DNA of 63,507 bases, the filler included, from Reclinomonas americana ATCC 50394 (Eukaryota), in the NCBI GenBank assembly GCA_048213135.1. It is 7 parts of 4 records of this genome, joined end to end, with 100 filler letters (N's around TTAATTAATTAA, not from the genome) between each part and the next. Parts side by side here need not be neighbours in the genome. Positions count along the whole stretch, not along the records: positions 43,922 to 55,809 come from PS015187.1; positions 55,910 to 59,526 come from PS015187.1; positions 59,627 to 60,632 come from PS015188.1; positions 60,733 to 61,824 come from PS015188.1; positions 61,925 to 63,507 come from PS015189.1; 2 more parts are not named here. One strand, given 5' to 3'. Every line of letters starts with the position of its first letter. Within the stretch, counting starts at the first letter, position 1. The position numbers were made by a program, and so were the translations under genes. A model generated the notes under the pieces. The model worked only from the letters and a program-made list of their open reading frames with translations. It ran no database searches and had not been told where the DNA came from. Shown here piece after piece: positions 50,843 through 61,966 of the stretch.

Positions 50843-53800
50843 AGAGAGAGAGAGAGAGAGTGGCGCTCTGCTTGCGAGTCATTGCTTCTGACTTCCGATT
50901 CCTTGTGCAGGTGATTGACGATCCGGTGGCAAGCATTATCGGTCAGCAGCAAGTGGCCGAATTCCTCGACGACTCTGCTGCTGCGCCGCCTGCACCACGC
51001 CCACAGCAGGAGCAACAACAACAACCACGATCTCCCTCTCAGCAGCCGCTCTCTCCGGCAGGTTGAATATTGTCCTATGATGTGGTTTCTCGTGGCCTTC
51101 ATTGCTGACTTCATCGTTGTTGAATCCGTGTGCTGCATGCAGCGGCAGCTCGCCAGGTGCTGAACGCAGTCTCCTTGCCAGTGTCTCTCTCTGTGTGTGT
51201 GCGCGCGCGAGGTGGCAGTCAATTATGTGCTGACTGTGCCTTCCGCAGAGTCCCCTCCGCAAGCTCGATGCGTACAAGGAGGCGCTTCGCGTTCAGAAGC
51301 AGGTCCGTTTTCTGTTCATTTTCAAGAGCGTGCTCTATCATTACCTCACTCTGTTGATCTGAAATAGGTGGAGGAGCGAATCCGATCCGCTGAGCGCCTC
51401 GCCGCTCGCGGACCGCAGAGCCCAATGGTCGCTGATGCGCGCAGTCCGGAGATGCGGGGAGTTGCGTGGGAAGGCGGCAGTGATTATCGCGCAATGTAGA
51501 TGTGAGTCTAACTATCTCTGCGCAGGTCGTGGATCCCACCACTGTATTGGCACGCCAGCTGGCCGACAAGGATGCGTTCATTGCTCAACTCCAGCGCGAA
51601 CTTGCTGCATCGCAGCAGGAGCGACAGCAACAGCAGCTAGAGTGGGATCGGCAGCGATGTGAGCATGAGATGATGCTGGCGCAGCTGCAGCGTGCTCAGG
51701 ATCAACGGCAGCAGCACATGACTCAACTGCAGCAAACCAACGCTGAGTTGGAGCGCGGTAGGGCCGAGGATCAGGAGAAGAATGCTGAGTTGCAGCGAGA
51801 GTTGCAACAACGGGGCGCTCAACTGCAGAAGGTCAACGAGCAGTCGCAGCAAGCAAGTGCGGAGGGTCAGCAGCAAGTCGCAGAACTGCAACGAGCTCTG
51901 ACCGAGAGTCAGCAACAAGCCGGCCAACTGCAGCAAGCCAACGCGGGGCTACAAGCAGCGCAGGCCAGTGAGCAGCTGCAAGTCGCACAGCTGCGCAGTG
52001 AGATGGATCGGCAAGGTGCCGTCATCTTGGATTGGCAACGAGTACATGCGGAGAATCAGCAACAAGCCGGCCAGCTGCAGCAGGCCAACGGGGAGCTGCA
52101 AGCAGCGCATGCCAGAGAACAGCTGCAGGTCGCACAGCTGCGCAATGAGGTGGACCGGCAGGGTGCTGTCATCGCGAACTGGCAGCGAGTCCATGCGGAG
52201 AATCAGCAACAGATCGCACAGCTGCAGGAAGCCATCGGCGAATGGAAGCAGGCGCACGCCCAGCTGCAATCTCAGCTGACTGTGGCTTTACAAGACAAGA
52301 ATGGCCTTGCTGCTCAGCTGACTGCCATGCAGCAGCAGTTGGAAGAGAGTAACCGCCTTGTCGCCCAACTGCGTCAGGAGGCCCTCCTCACCCAAGGTCT
52401 GCGTCATCCACTCGTTTGCTCACTTCGTCAGGGAACTCACTTTCCACAGTCGACACCTCGGTGCAACGCTTCGAGTGGCCCGAGATTGTGCAAGTAACCG
52501 ACTCCTTCTCGCCGCGCCTCAAGGTCGGCGAGGGTGGTCAAGGTGCCGTGTTCATCACTATGCTTCGCGAGATGCACGTGGCCATCAAGGTGCTCGATCC
52601 CGATGCCTCGTGGACGATGGAGTCGTTTGAGAGTGAGGTGTGTTTCTCTTTCCTATTTCTTCTCTCTCTCTCATTTTCCTCATTCTTCTTCCCATCCGTG
52701 CAGGTGGCAACCCTCGGACGCCTGCGAGACCGTCGCATTGTGCCTCTTGTCGGTTATTCGGTGGGCGATGACAAGGCACGCTGTCTCGTGTACAAGGCCC
52801 TGCAGTGCGTGCCCTTATCTCTTTTCCCTGTCTCCATCATCTGCTCACTGTTGACTTTGCAGAGTTCCCAACCTGGAAGATCTGTTGCTGCTTCGTGTCG
52901 GTCGCGCACCACTCTCTGTCGTGCAGCGTGTGCAGATTGGCCTCGGACTGGCGGAGGCTGTGGCGTTCTTGCACAAGGTGTGCGCGATGAAGATAGCAGT
53001 CGAATTCCACTTGTCGCTATTTCCCTGTGCACTCTCTTGTCCCCTTCTCCATGTCACTCGTGTCTTTCCCATGTTTCGCCATGTCTTCGGTTCCTTGTCT
53101 CACTTCGAATTCTCTCCTTTCACTCGTGTTCCTGCACCTCCGTGTCCCTCGTATTCGCTGGTTCCCCACCTGTTACTCTCTCTCTCTCCCCGTCTCTCGA
53201 GTGCTCGACTTCCCCACTTGGTACATGTCTTTCCAAATCTCTGGTTCCCCACCGTCACTCTCTTCCTTTCTTCATATATATTGCATTGCGTGCATCTCCT
53301 CACCTCGTCTCCTCACAGAACGATGTGGTCCACCGCGACATCAAGCCCTCCAACGTGCTCCTCGATCACCGTTTCGAGCCATGCCTTGGCGACTTTGGCA
53401 TCGCACGATCGATTGCCGGTGGCAAGGTTTGCTTCTCCCTCTTAATCTTCTCTGTTTTCACCTCTCACTCTTTCTCATCTCGTCAGACAACTGCCGTCGC
53501 CGGCACACTCGACTACTTGGACCCGCTGGCGCACCGGGCCAGGCGCCCGCACCCCGAGCATGACGTGTACAGCATGGGTGTGGTGCTGGTGCAGCTTGTC
53601 ACCGGCAAGCCGGTGGTGACGGTGGGCGAGTGGTCCACAGAGTGGGATCGCTCCAGTGTGTTGCACGTCATGGAACTGGTGGACAGTGGCGATGGTGTGG
53701 AGTGGACGCCGCGAGTTGCTGAAGCGATGTTTTCGATCGGCATGCGAAGCATGAGTCTGCGCCGCGATCGACCGACGGCGCAGGAGGTTCTCGATGTGAT

Positions 53801-53846
53801 GCGGGCAGTGCGCGAGGCGTGTGGGCAGTTTACGGTGGAGCTTTAA
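49771..53846 (+). CDS. Ankyrin-repeat / Gln-rich coiled-coil / RLK-Pelle(IRAK)-type protein kinase
   Basis: Ankyrin motifs GRSAFYYAASRGH, GWTPLIVAAFSGQ, STALHQAVENGH, GKTAAEMA. Kinase motifs RFEWPEIVQVTDSFS..VGEGGQGAVF, VAIK, CLVY, HRDIKPSNVLLD, GDFGIAR, GTLDYLDP, DVYSMGVVLVQLVTG. Start inferred via a 5-nt exon ATGAG|GTATGT. Confidence 0.88.
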
Positions 53847-53919
53847 GTGAAAGCGATGTTCCACAGAAGGATTGACAACAAGGTCATTCATTCATTCTGT
53901 CCAAACTCCTACCAATCAT

Positions 53920-55172
53920 TCATGGCCGCGCATCAGCCTCCAGTGGCAACGACCCGCGGAACGACGAATTCGCACTGCGCTGACGTGACGGCGCCTGGCT
54001 CACCGGCTTCATGATCTCCTCCTGGCACCACAGACAAATGTGAGTGCACGCTCCCTCTCACTCACTCTCCCTCGCATACACACACACCTCCACCGCCACC
54101 AACTCCCGCTCAGCCATATCGTCCTCATCCTCCTCCTCCGGTGCGTCGGGCAGGAACAGCAGCAGCGCCGAGAGAGCGCCAAACACCACGGATACACACA
54201 TGATAACAAAGCTGCGTACCTATGAGCGACGAAACGAGAACACACAATCACCCTTCCACCACCACGCAACGAGTAGCCGATCTTGCAAGTGCCGACGGTG
54301 CACCGCTGCATGTACGACGGGATGTTGTTGGCGCAGAATTGCTGGTCCTTGGTGAAGGCCGAGGCGTAGACCGCGACGGCGGCGATCAGGAGGATGGTGG
54401 TGATCTGCGAGGAAGAGGGGAGGGCGTGAGGGGAGGGCGTGAGGGGAACGGAGGGAGAAGGTAAAGGGGTAAAAGGGGAGGAGGTGAGGGAAAAGGGAGA
54501 GAGAAGAGAAAGGGCAAAGGAGAGGGAGACCGAAAGGGGGAGAGCGAGAGGGGGAGAGCGAGAAAAAGGAAGAGGGCGAGGGCGAGAGCGAGAGGGAAGA
54601 GCGAGAGGGGAGAGTGAGAAGAGAGAGAGGGGGAAGAGAGCGAGAGCGAGAGGGAAGAGAGCGAGAGTGAGAGGGGAGAGCGAGAGAGGAGAGCGAAAGG
54701 AAGAGAGCGAGAGGGAAGAGAGCGNNNNNNNNNNNNNNNNNNNNNNNNNNNNNNNNNNNNNNNNNNNNNNNNNNNNNNNNNNNNNNNNNNNNNNNNNNNN
54801 NNNNNNNNNNNNNNNNNNNNNNNNNNNNNNNNNNNNNNNNNNNNNNNNNNNNNNNNNNNNNNNNNNNNNNNNNNNNNNNNNNNNNNNNNNNNNNNNNNNN
54901 NNNNNNNNNNNNNNNNNNNNNNNNNNNNNNNNNNNNNNNNNNNNNNNNNNNNNNNNNNNNNNNNNNNNNNNNNNNNNNNNNNNNNNNNNNNNNNNNNNNN
55001 NNNNNNNNNNNNNNNNNNNNNNNNNNNNNNNNNNNNNNNNNNNNNNNNNNNNNNNNNNNNNGTCGAGTTACTTTCGTTTTAGTTTAGTCGAAACAAACCA
55101 ACGAAAGTAAAGTACGTCTCGTCGACTACCTTCGTTACGTACGTGTACGTACGTACGAACGACACGTACGCC

Positions 55173-55209
<37 letters not shown>

Positions 55210-55694
55210 CTACCTGCCTGCATGCCCCGTGGTAGCACGAACAAGTGAGAATGGCAGCGCTGTTCATGCCCCTCGGTGCACGACAGATCTCGTCTCAGCG
55301 TGTTCTCTCTCTGCCCCTCCCTGTCCCTCAAACGCAACGACGTTCATGACCAGCAGGATGCGTCCCAGCGGCTTCTCCAACTTGCCCAGCGGCAGCTCAA
55401 TGAGCGCCCACGTGGCCAGCAACGACACAATCATCTGCAGGACGAGCGCCACCCATCCGAGCGCGCCGACCGCTGCGTTTGCCGAGGCACTGTGCGGGCG
55501 CATAGCAATAAGCCAAGAATCAAAAGAGAGACGCACACCACTCCTCTGTCCTCTCCCCCACGCAACACTGCGGTGTCACCGGCGCAAGCGCCCGACGCGG
55601 TGGCGGCCTTAGAGAGGTTCTCGTTCAGGAAGGCGCATACCGTTTGATCTGCGCCGCTGACCTTGGTTGTCAAGCAGGCGCGAAAGAGGCCGAT
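53920..55694 (-). CDS. Claudin/PMP22-like tetraspan membrane protein, 5'-partial
   Basis: Loop IGLFRAC..(13)..C; TM segments ALGWVALVLQMIVSLLATWALI, RILLVMNV|ITTILLIAAVAVYASAF and GYS|FVIMCVSVVFGALSALLLFL; acidic tail; stop at 53920. Confidence 0.65.
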
Positions 55695-55762
55695 CTGGGA
55701 GGAGGGGGAGGAGGGGGGAGAAGGAGGGAGAAGGGGGAAGGGTGAGAGAGAGAGAGAGAGAG

Positions 55763-55809
<47 letters not shown>

Positions 55810-55909
55810 NNNNNNNNNNNNNNNNNNNNNNNNNNNNNNNNNNNNNNNNNNNNTTAATTAATTAANNNNNNNNNNNNNNNNNNNNNNNNNNNNNNNNNNN
55901 NNNNNNNNN

Positions 55910-56127
55910 GCACGTCGCACCGATGGCGACACTGCGCGTTGCTGTTGTTGTTGATGTTGATGTTGTGAGGAGGAGGCAGAAGGTGTGGGCAAATCGCCCA
56001 GTGTGAGTCCGCGACCACTGCTGTTGCTGTTGCTGCTGCTGCTGTTGCCCAGTGAGGAGGATGACAGCTGCGACTGCGACAACGTCGGTTGTCGAGCTGA
56101 CTGGGCAAGCAGATCGCGCAGGTCCAT
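55910..56127 (-). CDS. 5' fragment of an unknown Ser/Gln-rich protein
   Basis: ATG 56127 MDLRDLLAQ... open into the gap, divergent from the elongase. Confidence 0.35.
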
Positions 56128-56513
56128 TGGAAAAACGTCGGATTCGTCGATCGCAAGTGAGCGACTCTGACGGAATTCCTGTTTTTGGTGATCGCCGTGT
56201 GTGTGCGAGTTGGTGTGCCCATTGCCATTGACGGTGAGTGCGCTGTGTGTGCGTCTATGTGCGTGTGCTCGCCTTGTGCGCTGTGTGTGCGTTGCGCGTG
56301 TGACATGGCTGCAATCACGACACGCGCGCGCACGCGCGCTGTTGTGTGTCTCTCCTCAGTGCGTGTGCGCATGTGTGTCTCTTCTGCTTGCCATGTGTAT
56401 GCGTGTTGCGCGTGTGTGTCTCTCTGTGTGCGCGTGTGTGTGCGTGTGTTTGCATCGCCGCGCTAATGCAAGGTTCATGTGATGCGCACAGTGCATCAGC
56501 GAATAAGTTGACG

Positions 56514-57972
56514 ATGGGTGAGTTGTCTTTTTGCGCGCTTGCTGTTTTCCACCTTACCGCGCTCACTGTGCGCCTCGGCGATGCAGCGTCTTCTGTTGCC
56601 AAGACGGCGTCGAATGGAGACGCAAAGAAGGGTGAGGACAAACCGGCGGCGCCAGTGACTGGCTACGATGCCGCTGTGCAGTTTGCCATTGGTACCTTTG
56701 GAGGCATTGGCTTCTGGCGTGTGTTCCGGCCATTCGTGGAGTCACACACGCACGCGCACAGTCCAGTCATGGTACGTGTGTTCGAGAAGTACAAATGCAA
56801 CGGCGACGGCGGACGTGGTCACTCTGCTGTGTGTGTTGCTGCAGATGTTCCCGATTCTCAAGTGGCTGTTGCCCGCGATCTTCACCCCGCTCTACGTCAT
56901 CATGGTCTTCTATCACAAGCGGGTACGTATTCTGCAGCGGCGACAGCGGCGACCGCAGTTGTTCACGGATCGCAATCGCCGCAGGTTCGCATGCAGAAGA
57001 AGCCAGAGGATGCACCGGTGATCAACCCGGGTCTGTGGCTGGCCCGATGGAACCTCTTCCTCACCATTCTGTCGTACATTATGATGACGGGCCTCCTGGA
57101 GGGAATGGTGCGCGAATGTGGCGAACCGTTGAAGTGCAATTTGTCGGTGCTCACCGCGTCGCGCTTACACAGTACGACGGGTACATGAAGCAGCCGGAGC
57201 TCGGCGTGCTGACGTTCCTGTGCACCGACGAGTGGTGGGACAATGGCATGCTCATGTTCAACATCTGGCTGTTCACGTACTCCAAGGTGCGGAGCGCACG
57301 CACAGCTCTCTCACTCCCCTCTCCTCTGCTGCTCATGTCTGCCGTTGTTTTGTTTGCTTGTACACCGCAGTACATTGAGTTGATCGACACGGTGTTCCAT
57401 GTGCTGAAGCGCTCGGAGATCTCCTTCCTGCACTGGTACCACCACACCACCGTGCTGCTGTACACGTGGTACATGACCACGTTCCGCATGTCGCTCGGTT
57501 CCATTTTCGCCACGGTCAACAGTGCCGTGCACGGCATGGTGCGCACGTCACCGCATTGTGCGCTGTCTGCTTTTGTGCTCTGTTTTTGCTGAGGCGCCAC
57601 ACACGTGCACACAGATGTACGCATATTATTACCACTCGTCGGTCGGCCGCCGTCAGACATATGGCGTGTGGGTGACGCGGTTCCAGTTGACGCAAATGGG
57701 TGTCGGTCTGGTCTCTACTGCGGTGTGGGCCTACTACCACATCTCCGACAACAAGACGTGCCCGTCGCCCACGGATCTCGAGTGGCCGGTGACGCTCGGT
57801 GCCTCGGTGGCGCTGTACGGCTCCTACTTTGTGCTGTTTGCCCTGTGCGTACGCGTGTCCCCTATCCTCACGTTACGCACGTACTGACAATCTGCGCAGG
57901 TTTTACATTGATCGATGGATCAAGAACGCGAAGGAGGCCAGCGCCGCCAAGGCCAAGAGCAAGACAGCATAA
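56514..57972 (+). CDS. ELOVL: ELO/GNS1-SUR4 family fatty acid elongase, about 9 exons
   Basis: WNLFLTILS, FTYSK|YIELIDTVF, FLHWYHH histidine box, NSAVHGM|MYAYY, TRFQLTQM, LYGSYFVLFA; C-terminal KSKTA* (KxKxx ER retrieval). Confidence 0.95.
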
Positions 57973-58182
57973 GGCTGTACTCGGGTGCCCCAGATTTTAA
58001 CCCTCTATCCTTCCCATGTTTTTCCCCGTCGCCATTGTCCGTCACTTGCGCGTGCTTGCGCACGGCCACCTCCCAGTTGTGTGGCAAATCGTGTTGTGTG
58101 CGTGTGTGCGCGCGCGCCGGTGGCTGCGAGGCGACTTTCCTGGCTATTTGATTTGATGAATGAACGTTATCTGTAGAGGTGG

Positions 58183-59347
58183 TCACTCGCCGCTCGCGCT
58201 CTCCGCCAGCTCCGCCAAGATGGCCTCCACGTGATCGATGTCGTAGTACTCGTTGCCTGTGAGAGTGAGATGAGTCGAAGTATGTGCGCTCAGAAGAGGG
58301 AGGGTGCGTACCATACAGCGCGTCGACACGACAGACGCGAGTGGCGTCGGTTTTGAGGTACGCATACAGCTTCGCCACACTGCTGTCGCTAATGTCGGTC
58401 CGCTCCACGTTGAGGTAGGTCAGTGACGGTGGCAGGTTGCACGCCAGCAGATCCATGCCTCCATCTTGCACGCTGTTGCCTGTGTGTAGCTGGGAGATGA
58501 GTATCGAGAACGGAGACAGCACTGTCTTCTGCGGCCACATCACCATCCAAGAACAGTGTGGTGAGACGCGGCATGCTGCGGAACGTCCAGGCGGATACCA
58601 TCATGGCCGACGCATCAAAATTGTTGGCCCCGAAATCGAGCATGACAAGCGACGCACCGCAGTGCGTGACCAGGGAGGGCATCAGCGTGCAAAAGGCGCG
58701 CTCGGTTACAAAGTTGCCACGCAGCGACAGTCGCTCAAGATGGGGAGTGGTGGCGAGCACCGAGCGAAGCGCCACTGCGCCCTTGCCACCGATGCGGTTG
58801 TCTGTGCGCAACACAACAACCGCCATCAGATCTCACAATGCCGACGGACGCACGCATGCATGCATCGCACACGAAACATGAAAGGTCCAACTGCCGCAGC
58901 GAGCTCACACAGCCCTCCAGTGCCGTGCAGAGCGCCGGGAACTGCTGTGCGGTGAGCTGATTGCCTGCGCCTTTACCGTCAGCGATTGTCGCAGAAGCGA
59001 TGGCAGGAGTGCGAGGCACGCAACGGCTGAGATTGAGGTATGTGATGCTGGGCAGACGCTCCAGCACGCCAGGCAGTGACGACAGCATGGCAGCGTCGCG
59101 CAACTGCATGTGACTCAGATCGAGCGAGTGGAGCTTTTGCAGCGCCGACCGATCGCGACTCAGCACCCCCTGCACCGCGTGCAGCATCACACTGTTGTGC
59201 TGACATCGCAGCGACTGCACGTGCGGGAAGACGGCCACAATGTCGGCCAGCTCGGCGACCGAGAACGGAACATTCACCGACACTTGTCCAGGCATCACGG
59301 TGACACGCGACTCCAGTGTCACATGTCGCATGCAGTGTTCAATGGCG
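58183..59347 (-). CDS. RNI-like leucine-rich repeat protein, 5'-partial
   Basis: LHSLDLSHMQL, ITYLNLS|RNQL, LRQLDLS|YNRI, LERLSLRGNFV, LVMLDFGANNF, LTTLFLD|GNSV, LTYLNVERTDI. Confidence 0.85.
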
Positions 59348-59792
59348 CTGTGAGAGAGTGAGTGAGAGAGAGTGTGTGAGAGAGTGTGAGAGAAAGAGAG
59401 AGAGAGAGCGTGATAGAAAGAGAGAGAGAGAGTTGAAAGTGATCGTTGTGTGCAAGGATAATAGACAGGGAGAGGGGAGAGGTGTGGGTCGTGGGGTGCA
59501 AGAAGAGAGGGAAAGTGTGTGCGTGANNNNNNNNNNNNNNNNNNNNNNNNNNNNNNNNNNNNNNNNNNNNTTAATTAATTAANNNNNNNNNNNNNNNNNN
59601 NNNNNNNNNNNNNNNNNNNNNNNNNNTTCGATAATGCTTGCTGACTTCAATTACGACACTTTCACGTGTCGACAAATGCGCAGCGAATGAGAAAAGGAGG
59701 AGACAGCGGGAAGAGAGAGAGAGAGAGATGGGGAGGCAGTGGAGAAGACCGTGTGTGTATCGTGTGTGAATGAACGCACCCCAGCCAAGCAC

Positions 59793-60173
59793 AAGGCGAT
59801 TCTCGGGACTCTTGGCCTCCAGAAAGTCGGTCACGCGGCTCAGCACATCGTCGCGACGCAATTCATCCTCAAATCGCTTGGCATCTGCGCGCGCGTGCAT
59901 GCCACACAAAAGCGCGAGAGAGAGTGAGAGACATGTTCGCAACATAACGCACTAAACGCTCACAAACACACACTCAAAAATATCAACACAGACGATGATG
60001 CACGCAGAGAGGGAGAGATGCACAGTGCGTGTGCGTGCGTGTGTGTGTGAGAGAGGGAGAGTGTGCGCGTTACCTGCACTGCCAAACGACTCGCTCAATT
60101 TCTGAGCAATCAGTTTGTGTCTGGCATCCATTCCACCAGCGGCGGCGGCGGCGGCAGGCGCTGCAGCAGCCAT
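59793..60173 (-). CDS. Axonemal outer-arm (gamma / DNAH5-type) dynein heavy chain, first two exons
   Basis: MDARHKLIAQKLSESFG..VTDFL..SPENRL resembles, from recall, the N-terminus of Chlamydomonas gamma dynein heavy chain; only about 65 aa visible. Confidence 0.6.
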
Positions 60174-60926
60174 CCTCAGACGCTCTCACAGCACACACAC
60201 ACACACTCAGCGAGCAGAGCAGAGAAAGGCCAAAACGCCGCGCTGTGTGTTTCAACAACAAAAAGAGTGAGTTTATCTTTGCGCGCGAAATCCACAACTG
60301 TTGCCCGCGCGACTGACCTGACGCTCTCTCTCTCTCTCTCGCACACACACACACACGTGCGCGTTCGTGTGTTGGTTCTTGAGTGGAAAGCGAACGCACA
60401 CACACACAAACACACACACGCAAACACACAACAGAAAGCGCGCGCGCTCGCAAAACAAACACAAAGTCGCCAATGGAAACAACGGCTGGTGATGTGACTC
60501 ACGGCGCAATTGTCACGCATTGTGCGAGAGAAGTCATTCAATGCGGAAGGAAAGCCTCGTCGCGACCTCGCTTCGCGGCGTGTCTGCGCTGATCAGTTAC
60601 GCGCACGCACTTGTTGTTGTGTGATCATCGTTNNNNNNNNNNNNNNNNNNNNNNNNNNNNNNNNNNNNNNNNNNNNTTAATTAATTAANNNNNNNNNNNN
60701 NNNNNNNNNNNNNNNNNNNNNNNNNNNNNNNNGTCGCCCGTGATGCATGTCCTCGTTGGTGCATTGATGCTCTCGGTAGTGTCATTTGTGGTGTACCGCC
60801 GAGAGGTGCCGGCCCTGCGCCACGCACTGGCCAGTAGTAGTAGCAGCAGTAGTGACGACGGCCACGATAAGCGCGAGTAATGAAGGTCGTTTCTATAAAT
60901 TTTCAGGCACCATTTCTTGTTGGCGT

Positions 60927-61790
60927 TCAAAATGGCATGGCGGTGCGCGGCAGATTGGAGCAGTACGTGAATCCGAGGGGCACCGGTCGCAAGGCCAGTG
61001 GCTTCACCAGCAGCTGGTTCTGTGTGGGTGCGCAAACACACGTGAGCATCGAACGGAGAGACCTCGAGTGTGTGAGCTGCGACGACGACTCACATAGACG
61101 CGCAGTGGTCGCTTCTTGACGGCGGAGCGCACCACCGCCACCTCCTCATCCTCATCCTTGTCGTCGCCCAGAACGATACGGAACGAACGAGGAGCGTCAG
61201 CAGCTGCGCCACCAGCGGCCGAGACTGCAGATACCGCAGTAGACGATCGCGGCGGCGGTGGCAGCATCAGCGTGGCCGACGTGATGGCTGGCGGAACCGC
61301 GCTCGCACCGTCGACCGACATGGGCTCAACTCCAGCAAGGGCAGATTCCGTGGCCTTGGTGTCTCCGTGCAACCAGTCGCCTCGCGGCTCCACCGGTCGC
61401 TGCTCCACGCGATTGAGCATGGTCATGATGATCGCCGTGCGCGGACCGATTTGGCGGATTGGATGGTAATAGCGACTGCGACGCGAAGTGGGGGGGAAAT
61501 TAAGAGACACAGGTCAGTGACTCAGTCAGTGTGTGCAGCAACAGCAACAGCGTGAGAAACAAACTTTGCCGCTGGTGGCCGACCACGCCCACGACGTGGA
61601 AGCACCCGACCGGTCCGCTTTGACGCCCCTCCAGCGTTCTCATCCGAGGACTCTTGCTCGACTGTGCGGGGGGGGTGAGATCAATCGAAGTGTGCACGAC
61701 CATCATCTACGCATGAATGTCTGTCTGCCAAACCTTCCGCGTATCGCGACCGCGACTGTCTGAGAAGCTCCGCTGGCGATGCTTTCACCG
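60927..61790 (-). CDS. Unknown protein fragment with an AT-hook-like motif
   Basis: Spliced reading gives PRRGRGRPP (~61573-61600), followed by the 61004-61510 ORF; termini uncertain. Confidence 0.35.
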
Positions 61791-61966
61791 CGAAAGCCAA
61801 GGCATCGACCTCACGATTCCCGTCNNNNNNNNNNNNNNNNNNNNNNNNNNNNNNNNNNNNNNNNNNNNTTAATTAATTAANNNNNNNNNNNNNNNNNNNN
61901 NNNNNNNNNNNNNNNNNNNNNNNNTCGGCGCACAGAAAACCCTCCTGCTACGCCAGCTCACCGCAC

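Noticed and set aside
55214-55259. Possible extra exon (AAILTCSCYHGACRQ) in the claudin-like gene
   Set aside because: Directly joining 55339 to 54404 gives an uninterrupted TM helix; the extra exon would break it, although RNA data are needed to be sure.
21003-61880. Recurrent TTAATTAATTAA motif as a biological element
   Set aside because: Always embedded in N runs; it is a six-frame-stop linker used to join contigs.
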